The notes under the pieces were generated by a model, which searched no databases, had not been told where the DNA came from, and was given only the letters and a program-made list of their open reading frames with translations. From Callorhinchus milii (lineage: Eukaryota), in the NCBI RefSeq assembly GCF_018977255.1, contig NW_024704743.1, positions 69,504,001 through 69,568,000 on the forward strand: a DNA stretch of 64,000 nucleotides. The letters are read 5' to 3'. Made by a program: the position numbers and the translations under genes. Below, piece by piece: positions 23,333-36,482 of this stretch (position 1 is the first letter of the stretch; every line of letters begins with the position of its first letter).

Positions 23333-26300
23333 TACAACTGTGGGTCACTGTATCATAACCAATGTATTGGACATTCCCTTCCTGAACACACCTTGTAGAA
23401 AAAATAGCAGTGATCTTCACACATTTCACCTTGTCTGGGGTGAAAATTGTACTGTATGTGTTTATTAACACCGATGTTAAAATGGTTGCATTCAGATGCC
23501 AGCCATCCATACATGGTACTGATAGCACACAGATTGCAGTATTGCCTGCCAGTTAAAGTGATTTTGTCTTAGCTCTGATTTTTGTTTGATTAATTAAACT
23601 GGAATCTTGCTAACCAGCAGTCCAATCCTCTCCACCGGCTTTGGAGCGCAATCATTGTGACTAGTTTAAAGGGGAAGAGTGGAGAGTCCACAGTCTGCAG
23701 ATTGGTCAATGTTTAATACATCAACTGGTCACATTTTTCAACAATGTGTTGATCAACAAATTATCATATAGTACAACACATATCACAATTTTTATCTCTC
23801 TATCTGGTACCACTGACAGTGATGAATATTTTGGCTCCTGTTCTTACTTCTAAATAAACCATCTCAGAAGTGGTGCTGGTGATTGACTATCTTGTCAAAG
23901 ACATACAGTGATCTCTTCACATTCTCTTCCTGCTTCAGTTAATGCGAACAACATTTTGTGCAGACAAATCAATAATCGTTTGTTTTAGGCATTCTTAAAT
24001 TCAAAATGTTTCAGCACCTCTGAATTAAAAATGTCCCAGATATGTTCGGAAAATAAAACCCAGCTCTTTCCACACACTTTAATCTGTTCTCTACCTTATA
24101 AACGGTTACACACAGTGTACAGTCATGGTTGAATTGCTAGCAGTAATTATATAAATGTTCTGCCTTCCCCAGCACATACTAAAATAGAAAAACATTGCAC
24201 CAGTCCCTCTCCTCTTCTAGGGATGATGACTAACTCTGCAATGCAATGCAATGCAATGCTGGTGGCAACATACTTCCAGGATGTTGCTAAAGAGGCAATT
24301 TTTCATGGATGAGACCTAACCTATGCAATGAGTTTTTCAATAGTGTGTGTTTGTATGTGGGTTTCAGGAGCAGTAGATTACACTCAATTCTGTTCTCTAC
24401 ATACACTTGCATACTCGAGAAGTCATCCCCACCACTGACCTGTAAAATAACCTCAGCTCCTGTAGTGTAGAGAATTATAGTTCAGCTTATTAGCTATAAT
24501 AAGATGTGATATAGCATTGGACTGCCAAACTGGACTATGAGCTCAAAGTCCAGGTGTGGGGCTTGAACCACCAACCTTCTAACTCAAAGGTGAAAATGCC
24601 ACTTGAACCCTTAGCTGAAGCTCAGACCAGGTCTTCTTGGGCAGTAGGGTTTAATGCTATATGATGAGGGATTTATATATGGGAAGCCTCAGAGATTCGT
24701 TATTTACAACAGTGAGCTCCAATTTGCAGTGATTTCTAATAATAATCAATGTTAATTATTCATTTTATTATTTTATTTTATTAATTTATTAATTTGGTCA
24801 TCGACTTCATGTCTGTTTGTGGGCCATTGTGTAAATGGGCTGCTACATTCGCCTAGACAAAATCCACAGTCAATCAATCCACTTTACAGTAAATTCTGTG
24901 AAGAGTTTTGCGACTTCTCGACAATGTGATGAGGTGTTATATCAAATGCAAGGATTATTACGATTATATACACACTGATTCCCAAATAGTGATTACTAGC
25001 AGTAACCAGAAGTGTGCCACAATGACTGACATACCTGAAGTAGACTCATGGGGACTTTGAGTCTATGGGTTGAAAAATGCGTCATTGAATGTCATAAGTA
25101 TCACTGGTGATAGTTATCACCGGTTGGTGATTGAATTCAGCAGGTATTCCTGGAACCTGCAATTAAATATTGAGCTCAGCCAGGCAGCAGGTTCAAAGCA
25201 CAAGAGTCAATGTTAACAAATTAATAAATTAACAAAATGAAATAATAAAATTAATAATTAATAAAAGGTCAATGACTCCTGCAATTAGCTTTGCGATCAA
25301 GCATTTACACAGAGTCACGGTTATCAATTGGGGCAAGTGGGAGCTCCAGTGATGTGATAATTATCACCAGCGATGAAAATGATTTTGAATGTCACATCTT
25401 CACCAGTACATTAACACATTTATTTCGGAACTGCCAGAAATTAGACTTCAAAAAGTGGGAGGTAATACGTTTCCCAGATAGCTAAAACAGCAGGTTTGAC
25501 TGCATTTCTGAATGAAATCATTTTTGGCTTTGTTGGTATTGTGTGTATTGAGGCTGAATCCAGGTCTTGCAACTGATGTGCATATTGCAGCATTTTCGAG
25601 GTGCATAAATGGAACTGAACATTTGACACAATTGTTTTTGTTGCAAAAAAGTACATTTGATGGGATTTTCCTGGCACAGACCCAGCCATAATTAACAGTA
25701 TGACAGGTCTGTCAGAACAACTCCAGATTCACCTGGTGTTTCTGATGGCTCAGTTCTGAGGGGAGACAGATTGAACTCACCCTGCCCTTATTCCAGTGAA
25801 ATCTCAGCATTTGCACCTTGCCCACATATGGTTAATTGTCATAATCCCGTATGATTGCAAAGCGGTGAGTCTGGAAATCATTTTCACCTTTTGATCAGCT
25901 CTCGGCACTATATTCCAGATCATGCTATTCTTTAAAAAAACAAACAGATGTAATTTCATTTCTTTAGGAGAGAGAGAGAAAAAAAAATGTCTAAACCTTT
26001 CATCAGGCTATGCTGGTACCAGCATACTGTTAACATGCTAAGAAGGCAGAGAAGTGGGTAGGTAGACCCCATCTGAGTCTAGCTGGCTTAGTGTAGCATT
26101 TCAGTGTAGCAGTGTTTGTAGCTTGTTGAGTTCAGCTTCAAATTTGAAGCTGGTTTTCTGTAGTTTTTAAACAAAACTTACAGAAAAACAGCTTCAAAAT
26201 GAAAGACTGTATTTAAGAATTTGACAAATTTGGGGCTCTAAAATACTATGTTAGACCCAATTAAAATTTCTTTTGTGTTGTGTGAACCGATACCTGCAAT

Positions 26301-29300
26301 ACTAAACAAACATGTCATTTTTGCTAAACGAAAGTTACACTTAAAGCAATGCTTGGATCAATTCTATTTATTGGAATACTTTTTGTTTAAGAAATAGATT
26401 AGTAATTAATGTTTATTTAGCAAACAAACACTTGATATTCTCACTGTCTTAAACTTAATGGGGTAGAAATTCCATCTGGGTCTAGATTTACTACATGTAG
26501 AATTTCAGAGAGTCCAGAATTTGGGAAATTCTTAAATACAGCCTTAAATTTTAAGCTAGTTTTCATAATAATAATCATAATAATGCTTACATTTGATATG
26601 GCATCTTTCACATCAGAAGAATGACTACAAGCGCTTCACAGGATATACTGTAATTGGAGTGCCTGTATTTTGTAGATGAATGCAGCAGCTAAATTGTACA
26701 CAGCAAAGTCTCACAAACAGCTATGGATTGAGTGACCAATTTTTATTTGGAGAAGTGTTGACCAGGACAGTGTGAGAACCTTCCTTCACTTTTTGAATAG
26801 TAGCAGGGGATCTTTAACAACCACCTGGAGAGACAGATGGGACCTCAGTTTAGTGTCTCATCTCTCTTGAAATGCAGCACATTTTATGACATTGGGCTCA
26901 AGTTTAAGTCCAGGAAAAATTCCAGGCTCTTGATCTTTCTCATACACTTTTCCATATTTTCAACTCAGTGTTGGGTTCTGTACTAAGTATAGTAGTCCAG
27001 GACATACCTACGTGAAGGGCACCATATAAATGCAAGTTATTGTTGATGTAGTTCTTTTAAATACGCCATCAAAGCACATGTTTAATTTTAAGATAAAATT
27101 AAAACTTTTTTTTTAATACCACACACATACTCTGTGAACTGTGGAATAAGTACACCATAAAAGTACTCTTTATTTGAAAGTTAGATTAACACATAGTATA
27201 AGGAATCACTCAATGGCTTGTGAGAAAATGTACCATATAATATAGTGTTGAGCTGTAAAGCCCAGAAGGGTCCCAAGTTAGATTGTAGGTAAATTAATCC
27301 TGAAAAGTGTAGTGACTGTGTATTTGTAGGCAAACCCAGCAGCCATTTGCATACAACAATCTCCCACAAACAGCCATCAAGTGAATGACCAGTTTTGTTT
27401 GAGGGATTGATAGCCAGGACACTGTGAGAAACTTGCTTCTCTTTTTAAATAGTGCATCAGATCAAGCCTCAAAGCTTTGAGGGGAAATGTAATAAAGATC
27501 ATGTTTAGTGAAATTCTACCACAATGAGGCCTAGACCAGATTTGATACAAGCTACAAAGCCACAAAAGTACACTTAGTGATTCTTTTGTTTCCTGCTTTA
27601 CAGTGCATTATCCTCTGAAAATCTATAAGCAGATTCTATAAATTATAATGATGAAAATCTTTCACTGGCAAGTTACCCAACACAATGAATTCTTGCAATA
27701 TATAGTATTTTCTGTGACAAATAGCTGTCTGTCTGGTTAGAGTTCTGCTAATAGTTTCCATGTTTGAGCTTCACCCATGTGCTGTATAACACTGTCAGAG
27801 AATCTTAACTGAATTACAGTATTCATGCATTTCATTTTGCTCTGTTCTTTGAATTGTCTCTTAAGAACATATTTGAGTTGGATTTCATTTCTATTCATTG
27901 CTTACAAATGCTGAATTTATTCTTACAATATGGCAAAATCATTGTGAGGCATTATCATACATTTGTGAAATTGTTAAAATCCACAGGTTTAGTTTAATGG
28001 TGCTGTTTAAATGGTGATGGGGAAAGTTAAGCAAAAACAGAACTGGCAAAAGAAACTGCCCAGTCATTCACTGTCCCAGAATAAAATAGTGGAATATTCC
28101 TTCACTTCACTAACAGATGGAGATGTAACTATCCAACTATTGCAGCTGATCTTCATTTTGAACTATGGGATTCTGTTATGCTTTATTGCAATTCTGCCAT
28201 ACAATGTTTATTAATAGAGTAACCTTTCCACTCATACAAGCTTGCTTTACTGTCTGGGATTCATTGCACTCTCATTTCGTTCCATTTCTGCAGCTCGCTA
28301 AAATTTGTACCCATATGGTGTTCACAAATGATTGATAGTCTCTCTCATACACTGTAAAAAGTAAAATCTTGACCACAGCTTCAGATCAATTGCTGTATCT
28401 ATTCTGTAATTGATGATACATCATTAACTTTTTATACATCACCTCAAGGTTCCTTCTCCAGGGCTTTGCTCTCTCCCACTCTGTTTCTTCCCCACCTCAG
28501 TGACTTTCATTCATGCTTGTAATCCAATCCTTCCTGCTTATTTACTGATGACTTCAGTGCAGATTGATCAATTTCCTTCAGATCTCTCTGCAGCCTTCAC
28601 TCCTCTCTCAGTGCAAGGGTTGAATTACTAATCCTGATGTCATGCAGGCACTTAGAATGAGCAATAAAATCACATTTCTCTCAATTCTTTGAAGATAGTA
28701 TCTTAATTTCTCTCATAGGTCTAACAAACAGCTGTTAGATCTTACCTTTAATTGTTTTACTCTTAATGCTTCATATATAGATATCTTTGTTTCAATGCCA
28801 CCTCTGATCTTAATTGAAAGGTGTTTCCTCCATTGTTCAAGTAAGTTTGATTTCAACTCGTGCAACTCATAGCTTTTTTAACTCTCTAAAGCTGCAAAGT
28901 CAGTTCTGTTCATGACTTAAATATGCCGCATTTATCTGAGGAGACTATTGAGGACCTCTGGACAAACTACAAGAAGCTTATTGCCTGGAACAGATCCACT
29001 ACGTCCTTCGCCCTCAATCTCATCCAACACTTTGTTGATGTCTGGAATTAGGAAAGCAGGATACATCCTCCAGGCAGAGGAGGCACATTCTATTCCAATG
29101 AACATCTCGAAATTTCCATGTATAGGGAGGATGCATGGAATTCTCAGGTGGTTTAGATACTCTTAAGCCTGGTGATGGGTGCCAGCTGACCAAAAAATGA
29201 GTTCCCCCAGCACTACTCTTGAAGTGTCAGTTTGGACTATAAGATCAGGGTCCCAACATGGGTATTGGGGTCTTGAACCCACAACCTTCTGACTCAAAGG

Positions 29301-30161
29301 TGAGAGTGGGACCAATTGAGCCAGACTGACACCAGATGACACACGTCAATGATATTATACCTCAGCTATATGTCTTCTCACCATATTAACCAACCCCTTT
29401 CTTTCTAGGAACATATCTAATTGCCTCTGGAATCCAGTTATACTGTTTGCTTCAATTACCTTCCTTGGTAGGATATTCCACCAGTCTATTCCTGTTTTAA
29501 TGAAAAAGTTCCACCTGATTTACCTTCATATTCTTAATGTCCTAGCTAGCGTCCTTGAAGATGGAAACTTTGAATATATTCAACAATTTGCATGGACCAA
29601 CCATGTTCAAACCCCATCAATACCTTCCATACCTTTCGATTCACTTCCTTTCCATTAACAACAAGCCTATCTTCTTCAACACTTTCTTCAACCTATGTAA
29701 ACAAGATTGCTCACTCTATACTTATAAAAAGCAATAATATCCTCTGTGTAGTGATCAATGTGCAAAATAGCCACCGGCTACAGGATATAAAACCAAACAA
29801 AAATATGTGCAATGTGTGGCTCCTTCATAAAGGATCAATAAAGGTTTCATAGTGAAATGAGAGTAACATTTACATGGACGTGAAAGATCCAAAGGTACTA
29901 TATAAAAAGAGAAGGCAGTTTCTCCCAGTGTTCTGGCTAGCAATCGCCTGGATAAAGATTGTCAACCACTTTATGGTCATTTGTGGGACATTGCTGTGTG
30001 TAAACTGGCTGCTACCTTCTCCTGCAAAAATACAGTTTACATACTTTGCAGTAAATCATATGAAGCACAATGAGATGTTCTCCTGAAAGGAAAGTCTCTA
30101 TATTAAATGCAAGGATTATTATATTATTATTACTTATTTGGGGTGGTGTTTTGATTTTTAG

Positions 30162-30356
30162 GTCTGGCTCTGTGGTGGTTCAGTGGAAATCCTGCCCTGC
30201 TCTCGGGTTGGTCACGTGTACCGGGACCACATCCCATATTACCTGTCAGATGAAGAGACGGTGTGGAAAAACAAAATCCGTGTTGCTGAGGTCTGGATGG
30301 ATTCTTTCAAGGAGATTTTCTACAAGCAAGAAACGCCTGCATATTTGCTCAGTAAG
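30162..30356 (+). CDS. GALNT15: GALNT15 exon 6 (VWLCGGSVEILPCSRVGHVYRDHIPYYLSDEETVWKNKIRVAEVWMDSFKEIFYKQETPAYLLSK)
   Basis: WLCGG…PCSRVGHVY and RVAEVWMD motifs. Acceptor ttttag|, donor AAG|gtcagg; 195 nt. Confidence 0.97.
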
Positions 30357-33067
30357 GTCAGGAAGTGATACTTGTGCTGCTCATTAAAAATAGATTTAAA
30401 CGTTGATAAATATTTTCCAGGCACGTGGGCTATCATCGTTTATAAGCAGTCACCTCCTGTTTTTTGATTTATGTTCTGTTAAAAGGACACCGCCAGCAGC
30501 GAGTTTTGTTGATGTTTATCATGTGGACATGTTTTCTGGGAGTTGACCTTTTTTTTCTATTTTTGCCTTATAAAGTGAGACTGACGATGCTCCTTTCTAC
30601 CAAAGCTGGAGAGAACTGGAGGGAACAGCTGTATAACTGCAATGTTGATAAGGCTTAAATGCTGTCGAACTTTAATATGTTTAGGGCAATGGTGCTTCAT
30701 GTAGACTTCAAATGTAGGGCTAGGTAGTTTAGCTCAGTATAATTGCTAATCTCACAGTGATCTTCCAGCATTTACATAATAATAATAATCCTTATATTTG
30801 ATATAGGCCTTATAACATCATTGAGACATCTCAAAACATTTCATAGGATTATACTATGAAGTGCAGTGACAATATTTGTAGTACAAACATGTAGACTATC
30901 AGTTAAATTTTTCCAGTGCTTAATTTTTCAATACTAGAGCAACATTGGCATTTGTCATATCATCGGATTATGGATGTATTTTTGCTCCATCTTTTTTATT
31001 AATACTTTAGTTTTAATATTAAATTAAGTTTTATGTATTTGTAGGTCTAGGTAGGTTTTACGTAACAACATCTGCCAGGTTGCTATGTCTTGAGGAGTAA
31101 GCTACATTATTTCATTGTGACAGGTAACTACAGAACCACAGCACCGTTTACCAGTTTGTAAATGCTAAAACGGATTCAAGCTCTTTTGAATGAATTGCTA
31201 TCATTTTGCAATATCTATAAATAAGTTGCTGCCCTGATATTGTGCATAACCATCTGATGTAAACATACAAAGTAGATACCTCCCAGTGAGATTTTATGCT
31301 CTTCAATTGATTGAGATGTGGTCTGTCATTTTCTGCATCTTGACTTCTATCTTTGCCTGATAATTGTAAGAGTTGGAATCTTTACTTCTTTCCTTCCATA
31401 TGACCCAATTAGGTTTTAAGGGAGGTATTCACATTCTTTGCAAAGATGTAAGCACAAAGCTTAATTTCAAGCAAATATAAATAATAACAACATTTGATAT
31501 AGCACCTATATGGGAGCATTCATGTCCCAAAATGTTCCATCTAGTTAGTCCTTAGCTGAGTAACATTAAATCTTGTTCCGTCTGCAAAGGGTTGCTGTCA
31601 TGGTAAGGGATCACCTTTAAAGCATTATAAATTGAATTTTAAAAATGCATTAATCTTACAAATTAAGCAGAAATCCTGACATATTACTGTCAGTTTTCAC
31701 AAGGCACAAAGCCCTCAAGATATGAGAACCTTCAGATCTCACCAGTCAGTCATCAGCTGTTGTACTTGTGATATTCAGGCAAGAGTAATCTGAAAGTTCG
31801 CATATCCCGAGGGCTTCGGAGACAATAGAAATCACCTTGTGCAAATTGACAGTATTATGTCTGAATGCAGTGCAGTTAGGGCATGGCTAAATAAACACTG
31901 TGGCTATGATTCTTACAGGGTAGCTAATGTCTGCCAAGGGGATGGATTGATCTCAGTGTTGCAGCTGTACATTACTGTATGTTTCTAGTTGAGAAAAGTA
32001 TTCACATTTCAGACTTCCTATACTGCATATCACACGTACTTTGGCTTGAAATGGCCATTTCAATGGCAATTACATTTATTGGATGACCTTTTGATAATCA
32101 GATGCGTACACTTAGGGCAAGGAAATTTCATTTTAATATAAAATTATAAAATTTACACTCAAGTAAGCCATATTGAGATAGTTCCTCCACTGGTGCTACA
32201 CACAGTACATTTTAATTCTATTTGTGATATTTCCCCAAACCTTTTTATATTCTTCTTACAATAGTTATCCACTTCCCTTTCAATTGCTACTATGGTCTCA
32301 GCCTCAATAATCCTTAATAATAGTCATCCATGGGAAAGAATCCACTAGGAAATAGCACCTTTTACTTTGGGAGGACATCTCAAAGCGGTTCAAAGAATTT
32401 ATAGTAAAGTGTAGTGACTGGAATTTTATCGCCAGCGAAACATAGCAGCTAATTTGTGCACAGTAACGTACAGTCATGAAGAGAATCACCAATTTTATTC
32501 TGGGATTGTTAGCCAGGACACCGGGAGAAAGTCTCTTCTCTTTTTGAATAGTGCCATAATAATAATAATGATACTAATAAACCTTGCATAGCGCCATATT
32601 ATACATCTCAAACCGCTTTACAGGATATATTGTAAAGTGAATTGACTTTGTATGTTGTGGGTGAAATGCAGCAGCCAGATTGCACACAGCAATGTCCCAC
32701 AAGCAACCATGGAGTGAGTGACCATTTTTTTGTTTAGATGAATGTTGGCCAGGACACCAGGAGGGAGAAACTTCCTTCTCTTTTTGAATAGTGCCATGGC
32801 ATCTTTAAAACTGACTGTGGCAAAACATCCGATGTTCTAATAATCTTTGGTATGTTTATTTTAACCTCCCCCTTATCTCTTCCAGTGGCAATCCTGAACT
32901 CTTGCTCCTTGTTACTAAGTTACCAAACAGTCATTTTTTTTGCTATTTATCCGCTCAATTTTTCTTTAGAATGTTAAGATCTCTGTTATCTTTCTTATTT
33001 TGGTAGAAACAGACCCATGTTCAAGACCATCTTCATGACTCCAGTATCATCTCAGTGAATCTACCAC

Positions 33068-33600
33068 ATGCTCTTTGCATCCTCCCACCTCAACCTTCAA
33101 GGTTCTGTCCTTGACTGGTTCAGGTCCTACCTTTCACACTGCCTCCATTTTGTCTCAGCAAACGGCTTCTCATCCAGCTGCCGCACCATCTCGTGCGGTG
33201 TTCCTCAGGGCTCTGTCCTCGGTTCCCTCCTCTTCACCCTCTACATGCTCCCCCTTGGTGACATCATCCGCAGACATGGGGTAAATTTCCACATGTATGT
33301 GGATGACACCCAACTCTACCTCTCTGCCTCCACCCTCAACTCCAGGGCTACTGGCGTCCAGAACTCCATCCCACAATCTCTTTACCTCGCTTTCTCCCTT
33401 GCGTCCTTCAAAGCCAGTCTCAAGACCTTCCTCTTTGATCGCGCCTTCAGCCACCCTCCTGCCTCTCTGCCTTCCCTCACCCCTACCCCACCCCTCCCCC
33501 ATGCTCAGGTCCTTACCCCTGACTGTCCAGCATCCAGCATCTTGGGACGTCCTCCCGACGTGAAAGGCGCTCTATAAATGTAATTTTGTTGTTGTTGTTG
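33068..33600 (+). mobile_element. L2-clade LINE, internally deleted RT plus 3' end
   Basis: WFRSYLS…[41 protein letters not shown] joined directly to the C-terminal [10 protein letters not shown] and the (TTG)n tail. Confidence 0.92.
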
Positions 33601-34315
33601 CATGGCTGTGATGTTTATTCTGTAATAGGATGTTCATTTTCAAATTCTCAGGGTGCACAGTAAGAACAACTATGTTTAGAATGAAAGAGTTTTAGTCTGT
33701 TCTGGCCAAGCACGTAGAAAATGTCTAACAGGTTATGTTCTTAACCCAATGAATGCTGCAGAACCAGTTGATCTCCACCTGGTGAGAAGTGTTTTGAATT
33801 CTTTTGATACAAAATTCAATTTGCGAATGTTTTCCATTCCCTATCACCTCTTTCCCATGTTTCTCATTCTAACAACATATTATGTACTGACTGTGTGGTC
33901 TTCTCTAAATTTCACTAGAATTTCAAATCTCTTGAAGCACTAGAAATCAAATTATTCTGCACCTCATTCACTGTGGTAAAAGGGAAGGTGACTTCATGGC
34001 AAAGTCATTGCTAGACCTTTTTTTCTGTGAATAGAAGGAGGAGAGAGAAAGGAGCTTGAGGGGCATGAAAACATTATCTTTTATGATGACATGTGATGAC
34101 AGATCTCATCCCAGTCTGTGTTGTGTTTTGAACACTGTTTTAATATTGTTTGCAAACACTTTTTCATGAAGATGATACCCCTTTGAAAATAAACTGAAAG
34201 GGAAAATTGACTTTCTCAACTAGTTTGAGCTGAATATAATCATAGTTGTAAATATGATACAGAAATGCTGAGAATGTTGATTGTTATAGGATCTGGTTCT
34301 TCCCGTTTCTACTAG

Positions 34316-34447
34316 ACGAAGGCACCAGATTACATGGAGAGACTGCAGCTGCGGACAACGCTGGGCTGTAAGAATTTTCGTTGGTTTTTAAATAACATCT
34401 ACCCTGAACTCTATGTGCCTGAGGATAAACCAGGAAGCTCCGGGGAG
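34316..34447 (+). CDS. GALNT15: GALNT15 exon 7 (TKAPDYMERLQLRTTLGCKNFRWFLNNIYPELYVPEDKPGSSGE)
   Basis: ERLQLR…LGCKNFRWFLNNIYPEL motif; absent from the ORF track. Acceptor tactag|. The donor is probably GAG|gcaaga (GC), with an alternative in-frame GT at 34466. Confidence 0.92.
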
Positions 34448-34509
34448 GCAAGACAACGTTTTTTGGTATTTACCTAACTTTACATTTGTAGTCCATATTA
34501 CTGAAATAA

Positions 34510-34815
34510 ACAGACTCAGAGGGGACCTCAAAATAACATTTTTAAAGGGAATGAAAAAGTAAACACAGATCAATACTAGGATGCATCAAGATAGTAGAAC
34601 AAGAGGACATATATTTAGAGTTGTAAAAGGTAGTTTCAAAAATACCAGGAAGATTTTCTTTACCCCGCGACTGGAACAAGTTGCCAGGAAGCATGGTTGA
34701 AGCTAGGACACTCATTGAAAAAACAGCTTGATGCTATAATGGGAGGACAGTAGGGTGGGTGTTCTGGAGGGATGAGATCAGATGGGTCAGAAGGACCTTC
34801 TTCATCCAAACCGAT
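34510..34815 (+). mobile_element. CR1-clade LINE 3' end
   Basis: Homologous to 21115-21447 (agactcagaggggacct…agaacaagaggaca…tggaacaagttgccagg). Confidence 0.8.
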
Positions 34816-35559
34816 CTTTTGAAACATAAAATGGTCAATTTCAATTGGAAGAGGATGTCAAAATTAAACAAATTTACATTTATATAGCCTTCCAGATCAT
34901 ATTCACAAGATCACGAGATTGGTCAACCCATTCGGAGGCAGGAGCTACTGTAGCCTGGCGAGTATTGGGGTGACAGACATGACGGGGGCCATATAAGGTC
35001 CCCTCTGAGACATTTTCTTTCAAGGTTGAAGAAGCCCTAACTTGTCTAATCTTTATTCAGTTGTTGTAGTGTAGTTTTCTCTAACACATGCTGATAAGTG
35101 GCAGTAGGCACAGCTTACTTTTCCAACAGAATCATAAACCAGTGTCCAGATCTCTGAAGTCAGTCAACTAGGAAGGTGGTTGTAACTCAAATGCATGAAG
35201 CAGGAAACATGAACGGGGTAAAGTAATGCAGGTTTGCAGCTCACCTGTTAATGACAATTTGAGTTTTTTGTGTAAAGAAAACGGGATATCTTTAACAGTA
35301 GAAATCAAACTTATTTTCGGCTTTTAAGAAAGAAATCAAAAGCTTTCAGGAGAAGTGGGAGAGGCAGTTAATGTGACTGCAACATAGAAAATAATAGCAA
35401 AATGGCTAAAATAGCTAAATACTTGGGGTATTTCATAAGTAGTAGTATTTTATTCCTTTGGACCTATAAGGTGTATTAGAGAGAGTAAAATGCCTTGAAC
35501 CATAAACTTGAAACTGTGCCTAGTGAACCTTTCAAGAAATACTCTCCTTTCATTTACAG

Positions 35560-35661
35560 CTCTACAACATTGGCATGGGCTACTGTGCAGATTATAAAAC
35601 CAAATGGGACACAGGGGGCTATCCTGTGGCACTCACTCCATGCAATGGCAATGGGAATCAG
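35560..35661 (+). CDS. GALNT15: GALNT15 exon 8, lectin alpha repeat (LYNIGMGYCADYKTKWDTGGYPVALTPCNGNGNQ)
   Basis: Ricin-type C-x-D…PC…GNQ pattern. Acceptor ttacag|, donor CAG|gtagcg; 102 nt, phase 0/0. Confidence 0.93.
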
Positions 35662-36069
35662 GTAGCGTTTGAAATAAATTCTATCATGCCTTGTGTCACA
35701 CCATCTATCTATGCAAAATAGACACTGCTTTCTATTGAGGTTAATAAATATGTTTATACCATCATAAAAATATTGAACCGAATGGTCCTCTTTGTAATAA
35801 TGACTGTGTATATCACGGATGAATCAGCACTAGTACTTACTAGTTTTTGATCTTTTGATAATCCAGACTAGTCTGTAAAGAGGGGAAATTAAATCTCGTT
35901 GAGCTTTGGTTGGATCAGGAATGATAATGGAGGAAGAATTATAGTAATACTAATTCTTGTATTTAACAACAACAGCTTGCACTTGTATAGTGCCGTTCAT
36001 GTTGGAAAGACATCCACGGGCGCTGGACAGTCGGGGGTTTTTGGAACCAAGCTGATCCTCTCAAGATTG

Positions 36070-36482
36070 CACCTTGCATGTTGGGAGGTCATCTCAAAGC
36101 ATTTTACAGGATTTACTGTGTTATGCAGTGACTATGTATTTTATAGACAAATGCAGCAGCCAATTTGCACACAACAGTGTCCAGCAAAATTCAATTAAGT
36201 GAATGACCTGTTTTATTGAAGGATTGTTGGCCAGGACATCAGGAGAAACATCCTTTTCTTTTGGAGTGGTGCCATGGGATCTTTAACATCCACCCCAATA
36301 GGCAGACAGGGTCTCAGTTTTAACATCTCAGAAAGGGTGACACTTCCAACAATGCAGCACATTCCTAGCATGGCTTTGGAGTGTCAGCCTAGACTATGAG
36401 TTCAAAGTCCCGACTTGAGACTTGAATCCATAACCTTCCGACTCAGAGGTGAGAGCGTTGTCGATCGAAGCAAGCTGACACC
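36070..36482 (-). mobile_element. Older DeuSINE (SacSINE1/AmnSINE1-like), near full length
   Basis: Minus strand has the head gtgtcagcttgct…ctctgagtcggaagg…, Deu-type core aaagatcccatggcac…gtcctggccaacaatcc and L2-type tail. Other copies at ~17340-17720(+), ~26575-26900(-), ~32540-32810(-), ~39195-39432(-) and ~55325-55620(+). Confidence 0.8.

Noticed and set aside
24237..24259. Short tandem arrays ((TGCAA)n here, catttagt units ~42203-42231, agatgttgagaagtgtac x2 ~59198-59233) as CRISPR-like or functional arrays
   Set aside because: Simple slippage duplications without spacers, in a vertebrate context.
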